NCBI GenBank assembly: GCA_964414895.1
Contig: CAYPXO010000003.1
Coordinates: 12,284-76,283, forward strand
Source: an uncultured Pseudomonadales bacterium
GTDB lineage: Bacteria; Patescibacteriota; Microgenomatia; UBA1400; CAYNMC01
Direction of reading: 5' to 3'
DNA length: 64,000 bases
Shown: positions 58,231-64,000 of the stretch, one piece after another
Layout of the letters: each line of letters starts with the position of its first letter
Position numbering within the stretch: the stretch's first letter is position 1
Position numbers and translations under genes: made by a program
Notes under the pieces: model-generated
Database searches by the model: none
Told to the model about the DNA's origin: nothing
What the model saw: only the letters and a program-made list of their open reading frames with translations

Positions 58231-59271
58231 ATGAACTACCAATTCAAAAACATTGTTGTTGCCGGCACTTTTGACCACTTACACAAAGGCCATCAAAAAC
58301 TTCTTCTTACTGCTTGCCAGTCGGCAAAAGAGGTCTTTTGCGGCTTAACTGTCCAAGAAATGAGCAGAAATAAAGTTTTGGGAAACATGGTTCAATCATA
58401 TAATATAAGAGAAAGGTTTCTTGAAGCATTTATTAAATGGAGAAAAATAAAAAGCAAAGTCAATATCTGTCCAATCTTTAATCCTTTTGGTCCAACTCTT
58501 GAAAAAAAAGAGTTTGAGGCAATAATTGCTACCAAAGAGACTGAGAAAACAGTTGACCTCCTTAATAAAATTCGTAGAGAAAAAGAACTTTCTTCTCTTA
58601 AGAAAATTATTTTAGGGTTAGTTTCTGCCAAAGACCACAAAAAACTTTCCTCAACAAGAATAAGGCTAGGGGAGGTCAATCGCGAAGGTTTGGTTTTTGA
58701 ACAAATTTTTAAAAACAGAAATTTAGCTTTACCTTTTTCCCAAAGAAAACACTTTAAAAAACCCCTAGGACAGCTTCTAAAAAGCAATACTAATAATCTA
58801 TCCTGGCTGGCTTTGGTAGCCAAAGAGGAAATTAAAAAGAAGCCAACACCAATGATTATAACTGTTGGTGATATTGTTACCCAAGGATTCTTGCGGGCAA
58901 AAACCCCTTTTTCTCTGGCAGTAATTGACTATCGCAGTCGGCGGCAATCTGTTTATCCGGGTTTTCATAAAGAACTAATTGAAGCCAGTCCTTTGATGGA
59001 AACTGCTGTCAATGATCCAGGAACCCTTTCTTCATCAGTGATTAAAAAGATCAAACAGCTAATGCCAAAAATTATTTTTCAGCAAAAAAGAGCTGTTTTG
59101 GAGATTAAAGGGGAAGAAGACTTGACTGTTTTACCATTGGTTTTGCTTTCTCCCCTAGAAACTTTTATTTTTTATGGCCAACCAGATAAGGGAATAGTAA
59201 AAGTCAGGGTAACAGAAAAAATAAAAAATAAAACCTACAGCCTTCTTAATAAGTTTAGAGCTTATAGTTAA
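58231..59271 (+). CDS. Fusion of an archaeal/eukaryotic-type phosphopantetheine adenylyltransferase (N-terminal) with a DUF359-like domain, possibly a GTP-dependent dephospho-CoA kinase (C-terminal)
   Basis: N-terminal GTFDHLHKGH, GLTVQEM, SSTRIR match the archaeal PPAT pattern (GTFDRLHxGH, GLTSDEM, ISSSxIR). C-terminal VGDIVT...VIDYRSRR is compatible with DUF359. Confidence 0.55.
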   Translation: MNYQFKNIVVAGTFDHLHKGHQKLLLTACQSAKEVFCGLTVQEMSRNKVLGNMVQSYNIRERFLEAFIKWRKIKSKVNICPIFNPFGPTLEKKEFEAIIATKETEKTVDLLNKIRREKELSSLKKIILGLVSAKDHKKLSSTRIRLGEVNREGLVFEQIFKNRNLALPFSQRKHFKKPLGQLLKSNTNNLSWLALVAKEEIKKKPTPMIITVGDIVTQGFLRAKTPFSLAVIDYRSRRQSVYPGFHKELIEASPLMETAVNDPGTLSSSVIKKIKQLMPKIIFQQKRAVLEIKGEEDLTVLPLVLLSPLETFIFYGQPDKGIVKVRVTEKIKNKTYSLLNKFRAYS

Positions 59272-59361
59272 GTAAAGGTTCGGACTTTAACCACAGTTGT
59301 CGTTCCAAAGGTCTTGACCGGCCGCTTTTTTTGTTTTATTTTAAAAAAAGGAGGTAGCTCT

Positions 59362-59952
59362 ATGAAAATAAAAAAGGTTTTTATCTTAATGTTTTTAGTC
59401 TGTGTTCCTTTGTTAGCCGGTTGTCAAAAAAAGACTTCTGAACTAGAGAAAAGAGAGCCAGAACCAAAAGAAAGGACTGAGAATATAAACCTCAAAACTT
59501 ATACAAACAGCCAGCTTGGTCTCCAATTCAAGCACCCAGAGGAGACAACCGTTTATGACTGTTCTTATACGATAAAGTTGAGCTATCAGCAGTATCTTGA
59601 TTCTATTTGCCAAGAAGGACCAAAGGAAACAATTCCTCCTATTGATATCCTGCAGCTGGCCGGCGATCTGGAAAGTTCTATGAAATGGCAAGAGAACCAG
59701 TTAGACATTGTCTCCAAAGAGGATACTACTGTTGCCGGCAAGCCAGCTGTAAGAATGGTTGGTACCTGGATCTCAGGCGGTATGAGACCGGAGCTTAAGG
59801 ATACAAAATGTGAGGTTGTATTTGTGGACGCTGGCGCAAAAGCCTATTCAGTTGATCTTAGTTATTTGGATGTTGAAAAGGAAGGTGAAAGTCAGGAAAA
59901 ATACAAAACTGCTTTTGATCAAATAGTTGAAAGTTTAGAATTTACTAATTAA
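59362..59952 (+). CDS. Hypothetical lipoprotein
   Basis: LLAGC lipobox. Confidence 0.35.
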   Translation: MKIKKVFILMFLVCVPLLAGCQKKTSELEKREPEPKERTENINLKTYTNSQLGLQFKHPEETTVYDCSYTIKLSYQQYLDSICQEGPKETIPPIDILQLAGDLESSMKWQENQLDIVSKEDTTVAGKPAVRMVGTWISGGMRPELKDTKCEVVFVDAGAKAYSVDLSYLDVEKEGESQEKYKTAFDQIVESLEFTN

Positions 59953-59967
59953 TTAGAGGAGAAAACA

Positions 59968-60561
59968 ATGAAAAAAACAATTCTGTTTGTTGGCAGTTTA
60001 GTGGCGACAAGCCTAATTTTGTCTGGCTGTTTTAAAAAGCTACCAACAGAAGAACAAAAGAGTAAACAGCCAACCGGAGCGACTAGCGAGACTGCCAACT
60101 GGCAGGTCTACGATAACCGAGAATATGGATTCCAAATAAAATATCCTTCTGGCTGGCAATTTGATATTGATAGAGTGGAAGGGCCCAAAATGGAAGAAGT
60201 AATTAAATTGTCAGCTAGTTTTTCAGATGGAGTTCATAAGGTTACCAGCGGCATGGGAGATATCACCGCTCTAGCTGGTCTTCAAATCACCAAAGGAACA
60301 TTAGAGGAATATCAGGAAGTCCACAACTCTCCAGTTGAAGGAACAGTAGAAGAAACAACTATTAGTGGTTATCCGGCCACTAAGGAAAAAAGAGGCTTTG
60401 GTGACGAGACTGCTTATATGTTTGAGCATCCGGAGGGAAAATATAGAGTTACTTTAACAGACTATACAGAGAGATTCAGTGATGTTTTAAATGACCAAGA
60501 AAGACTAGAGATGAGAGAAATTATTGATAAGATTTTTTCTACTTTTGATTTTGTTGATTGA
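59968..60561 (+). CDS. Hypothetical lipoprotein, similar architecture to the preceding gene
   Basis: ILSGC lipobox. Shared Y-rich beta-sandwich-like central segment. Confidence 0.35.
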   Translation: MKKTILFVGSLVATSLILSGCFKKLPTEEQKSKQPTGATSETANWQVYDNREYGFQIKYPSGWQFDIDRVEGPKMEEVIKLSASFSDGVHKVTSGMGDITALAGLQITKGTLEEYQEVHNSPVEGTVEETTISGYPATKEKRGFGDETAYMFEHPEGKYRVTLTDYTERFSDVLNDQERLEMREIIDKIFSTFDFVD

Positions 60562-60608
60562 GCGATGTTTTTAAAATGAAAGAGGTATTTTGTTTTGATG
60601 TTGGCATT

Positions 60609-61319
60609 TTAACTTGCCAGAGTTAAGCCCCAAATAAATCTGGCGCCATTCCTTTTTAAAACTCCGGCGCATTCACGCAGAGTGGATCCTGTTGTCCAAA
60701 CATCGTCGAAAAGAATAATGGGTGAATGAGTGATGGATAAATGGGTGAATTGTTCATTGATTTTAAAGGCGTCTTTAATGTTTTTCTGCCGTTCTTTCTT
60801 TTTTAGCTCCGTTTGGGGAGTAGTATTTTTTACTCTTTTAAGCATATTTGGCACAAAATTAATTCCTAAATTTTCAGCAATCATTTTTCCTAACAACTCC
60901 GACTGATTAAAGCCTCGCCAGCGCTTTCTTGAGAGATGGAGGGGAACAGGGATAAATAGGCTGCTGTCTTGGAGATTTTGAGAAAAAATTTTACTAAAAA
61001 CAATGTCTTCGCCAAGGCAGCTTAAAAAAAGCTCTATCAATTCTTGGCTAACATCAAAAACAAAACGGTATTTTAATTTCTTAAGAATTTTTTTTAAGAG
61101 TCCTGAGTAGCTGAAAATCGAAGTCAGACCATCAAGGGTGTATCTTTTTTGACAAATTGGGTGGGTTTTCCCTCCAATAGCAGGCTTTCCACAAACCGGA
61201 CATCTCCTTTCTTGGTTTATTTTAATTTTGTTAAGACAATGGTTGCAAAGGTATTCTCCCCATTGCCCACAACCAAAGCAAGTTTTGGGAAAAAGAAAAT
61301 CTTTTAGAAAAGCGCCCAT
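60609..61319 (-). CDS. comFC: ComF-family protein (double zinc ribbon + phosphoribosyltransferase domain)
   Basis: CxxC pairs at the N-terminus. PRTase motif ILFDDVWTTGSTL. Confidence 0.75.
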   Translation of the reverse strand: MGAFLKDFLFPKTCFGCGQWGEYLCNHCLNKIKINQERRCPVCGKPAIGGKTHPICQKRYTLDGLTSIFSYSGLLKKILKKLKYRFVFDVSQELIELFLSCLGEDIVFSKIFSQNLQDSSLFIPVPLHLSRKRWRGFNQSELLGKMIAENLGINFVPNMLKRVKNTTPQTELKKKERQKNIKDAFKINEQFTHLSITHSPIILFDDVWTTGSTLRECAGVLKRNGARFIWGLTLAS

Positions 61320-61929
61320 TTTAGCTTACCCTTCATTTTATAGTCATTTTATGGTAAAATACAGTTTGTTGGGGATGAATTGACTCGACGGAAAGTTTGT
61401 TCTTTGAAATCTGCAAGCCTCCTTTGGATACCAGGAGAAAAACAGATCCAAAAAATAACTGTCAATTCTTTAAGACAGACAGCAACTTCTTTACTTGCTA
61501 AGGCTGCGGACTTTGTCTTTGGTCCTAGCAATGAAGTTGCTCCAGCATACGCTTTGGCGTAAATTTACCTGCCTTCAGGCAGGGCTGCATTCTAAAAAGT
61601 CTTTCCTAGGGGATTTTTTAGGGTGACAACTCACTTAGGACACCAGATCTGACTTGGCCGAATCAGGTTGGAGATTTTTAGGCCAAAAACAAAGTGAAAA
61701 AGAGTTGTTCCTTTCTCTCACTTTGCAAACAAAGGAAATAAGCTTGTAGGTTGATTTTAAAAAACCTTTTCGGACAGGAGCTCATTACTCCTCATCTCCA
61801 CCGCATAAAGTCGATTAAGCAAAAGAGATAAAAATAAAATGGCACCAGAATTTGACCTAAAGCCTCTCAGTGACGAACAATTAATGAAAATAAGCGAAAA
61901 AGGTCAAGAAGGCGCAGGCTATAGATAAG

Positions 61930-62060
61930 GTCAATAGAAATTACTCATTGTCATTCCGGACCTGCCTGCCGGTCTTGCCTGTCGGCAGACAGGCAGGCAG
62001 GCTTGATCCGGAATCTATACAAATAAAACTATTTTTATAGATCCTGAATCAAGTTCAGGA
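61930..62060. repeat. Palindromic MITE-like repeat family 3, copy C (carries an inserted GC-rich palindrome)
   Basis: ttgtcattccggacctg...ccggaatctatacaaataaaact...tatagatcctgaa...caggatgacaagg. Inserted cctgcctgccggtcttgcctgtcggcagacaggcaggcagg. Confidence 0.55.
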
Positions 62061-62149
62061 TGACAAGGAAGAGTCAAACTCTAATGGCGTTATCTATAGA
62101 GAGAATTTTACAAGAGGAGTAGATTTAATCGCTTGGATTAAAAGTGCTA

Positions 62150-62262
62150 TATCCGTTACTCTTTGAGCGGATTCGCCGGTTGGCGGAGGAGTCGAAAAGT
62201 TTTTTCTGCTGGAGTTCTCGACTTTACTCGAACAATAAAAACTGACTGGCTTGAATTCTGAA
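62150..62262. repeat. Dispersed intergenic repeat family 1, copy B
   Basis: Aligns with 2926-3075 but lacks the ~32 bp internal segment of copy A. Confidence 0.6.
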
Positions 62263-62264
62263 AT

Positions 62265-62684
62265 TCACATTTTTATATAGCTGTTGAAGAAGCCTCTCCA
62301 AATAAAGGCGGTGATATTCATCCCGCCGCTGCTAAGATTAACCGCTTTTTTTAGCTCATATTGACTGATTACTTCATCTAACGGTTCTTTATCTGGAATA
62401 TTTCCAGTATAGTAACTCTGGAGAACAGGCAAAGCGCGACTGTTTCCTAATTGACCCAACGCCCAAATGGCATGGTTTCTTGACCTGAATCCTTGGCTCT
62501 CATCGTTAAGCTGGGCAATAAGAGCTTCCACACAATCACCGCCATATTGCCACTTGGCATTTTGGCAGAGATTTTTGGCTTCATAACCAATCCAGACACT
62601 GCCAATAAAGAAAAATAGCAAGACAATACTCATACTAATGGCAATCAGATAAAAAAGTTTTTCTTTGATCTTTTTAATTTTCAT
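62265..62684 (-). CDS. Membrane-anchored HEAT/PBS-lyase-like repeat protein
   Basis: N-terminal TM helix. AIWALGQLGNSRALPVL HEAT-like repeat. Confidence 0.4.
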   Translation of the reverse strand: MKIKKIKEKLFYLIAISMSIVLLFFFIGSVWIGYEAKNLCQNAKWQYGGDCVEALIAQLNDESQGFRSRNHAIWALGQLGNSRALPVLQSYYTGNIPDKEPLDEVISQYELKKAVNLSSGGMNITAFIWRGFFNSYIKM

Positions 62685-62889
62685 TTTTATCCCCCTTTTC
62701 CTCATAGGTAAAGATGTCCTCAATCATTACCTTAAATAGTTTGGCAATTTTGAAAGCCAAGCCCAAAGATGGCAAATACTTATTGTTTTCAATGGCAATG
62801 ACTGTCTGGCGACTAACTCCGATCTTGCCCGCTAACTGTTCTTGGGTCAAATCGTGCATCGCTCTGAAAACTTTCAGCTTATTTTTCAT
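62674..62889 (-). CDS. XRE-family HTH transcriptional regulator (small)
   Basis: LTQEQLAGKIGVSRQTVIAIENNK. Confidence 0.65.
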   Translation of the reverse strand: MKNKLKVFRAMHDLTQEQLAGKIGVSRQTVIAIENNKYLPSLGLAFKIAKLFKVMIEDIFTYEEKGDKNEN

Positions 62890-63304
62890 TACTGCCTCCA
62901 TATTTCCTGCTGAAAAAGTGATAGGAGATGGCATAAATGGCAATCAAAAATAAAGTCAGGTAGGCAAAAACCATCCCTAAAGATTCAACGTACAACCACT
63001 CTCCTTTACTGAAAATCGAAAATCCGCCTTTAGAAGGAAGCAATAAGAGAAACGCAGCAATGCCGATAGTCGGAGCAAAAATGGCATAGGTCATCCTGGC
63101 GGCTTTTTCCTGAATGGTTATTTCTCGCTCATCGGTCCTGATTTTGACTTTGGAACGCACCAGAATCATAAAGACAATGCCTGTTAGAACACCAGCAGTA
63201 GCCAGAAGGTAACTATCACGAATAACTGCTAGACCAACAATAGCGGAAACAAAAAGGGCGACAATAGCTCGAAGTTGTTTATATTGCTTTCTGTTCACAC
63301 CCAT
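62879..63304 (-). CDS. DUF2178-like small membrane protein, the usual partner of the small XRE regulator
   Basis: Four TM helices. Conserved gene pair. Confidence 0.45.
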   Translation of the reverse strand: MGVNRKQYKQLRAIVALFVSAIVGLAVIRDSYLLATAGVLTGIVFMILVRSKVKIRTDEREITIQEKAARMTYAIFAPTIGIAAFLLLLPSKGGFSIFSKGEWLYVESLGMVFAYLTLFLIAIYAISYHFFSRKYGGSNEK

Positions 63305-63566
63305 AGTGTAACATATTCTTTACATTATGTCAAGTATTTATAACATAGGCCTTTATTATATTCGAAGTTTGTCTTTTTTTGACTCTCTCCCTAAAGGACT
63401 TATTCATCAGAAAAATAGAATTTAGTATTGATTTATCAAGTCTTAGAGGGTTTTATGATCTTCTTAAAATATTTCCTGCTTATGATTTTATCACAAAATA
63501 AGAGTAAAAAACTCTCTAAAAAACTTATTCTCCAAGCAAAAGATTGAATTTGATCTCAACCGTCCC

Positions 63567-64000
63567 TTACCGGTATAAAAAGAGCTTAGCTTTCGATATC
63601 AATGCCATGAAGTTTTTTTTAAATTGACTAATAACAACTTTGGCTTTTACAAACCAATCATTCTTTTTTTTGCTTACTGTTGATTCTATGTGAGGTGAAG
63701 AATTTGGGGTAAAACTTGGACTAGAGGTTGGAGAAAACTGGATTGTATTAGTTGGAGAAGGCTCAAGATTAGGCGTTTCTGAAACAGTGGGGGTTGGCAA
63801 TATTGGTATTGTTTTTATTGGTAATAAAGTCGGCTTTGGTGAAGGATTATTAAAGTATAGAACATAATCACTTGAATCATAATTGGTGTCAAGAGAGTGG
63901 ACATAAATAATTATCTGCCCAGGTTGACTAGCAAAACATTGACCAAAGACTATTCCATTATTATTACTTTTATTTGTTGGAGTAATACAGTAATCGCCTT
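63567..64000 (-). CDS. Hypothetical secreted protein, 3' part only. Pro/Thr/Ser-rich linker. The gene continues beyond the window end.
   Basis: No in-frame stop between 63801 and 64000 on the minus strand. Confidence 0.3.
   Translation of the reverse strand, partial: GDYCITPTNKSNNNGIVFGQCFASQPGQIIIYVHSLDTNYDSSDYVLYFNNPSPKPTLLPIKTIPILPTPTVSETPNLEPSPTNTIQFSPTSSPSFTPNSSPHIESTVSKKKNDWFVKAKVVISQFKKNFMALISKAKLFLYR

Noticed and set aside
61840-61929. 29-aa ORF MAPEFDLKPLSDEQLMKISEKGQEGAGYR between comFC and repeat family 3
   Set aside because: Too short and no supporting signal. Noted only because it sits in otherwise non-coding DNA.

Overview
The window is AT-rich with short genes and small intergenic spacers, consistent with a reduced genome; a Patescibacteria/CPR-like origin is an inference, not a measurement. 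The first 50 kb is housekeeping and cell-envelope content.

Described content:
- A minus-strand heat-shock operon hrcA-grpE-dnaK-dnaJ with a textbook CIRCE operator.
- argS and metG.
- An endonuclease Q homolog.
- Two class A PBP paralogs.
- gap, rpiB, rpe, the N-terminal subunit of a split transketolase, and gmk.
- A LOG-family protein and comFC.
- A block of envelope glycosylation genes: a UbiA-type prenyl-phosphate phosphoribosyltransferase, a GT4 MraY/WecA-like enzyme, three GT-C transferases and a GT2.
- Three PIN + antitoxin pairs.
- Six tRNA genes, including a tRNA-Ile with a UAU anticodon and a tRNA-Arg with a GCG anticodon.

Candidates for second look:
- A 5 kb cluster at 3.1-8.2 kb. 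It encodes a multi-pass membrane protein, a RimK-like ATP-grasp ligase fused to a retropepsin-like domain, a FemAB-fold transferase and a second ATP-grasp ligase with a large uncharacterised C-terminal domain. This looks like a peptide-ligation or peptide-tagging system.
- An 8 kb integrated island at a tRNA-Ser(GCU) gene (about 50.2-58.2 kb). It carries a DDE transposase, a large serine recombinase, and a four-gene minus-strand operon: C-protein, N6/N4 DNA methyltransferase, PD-(D/E)xK restriction endonuclease, and an OLD/PARIS-like ABC-ATPase-TOPRIM nuclease. The island is punctuated by three copies of a GC-rich, strongly structured repeat arranged as inverted pairs.
- Three short dispersed repeat families.
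- A conserved ~130-nt leader element shared by tkt and gap.
- 7-8 bp tandem repeats inside coding regions, which could act as frameshift switches.
- An archaeal-type PPAT/DPCK fusion.
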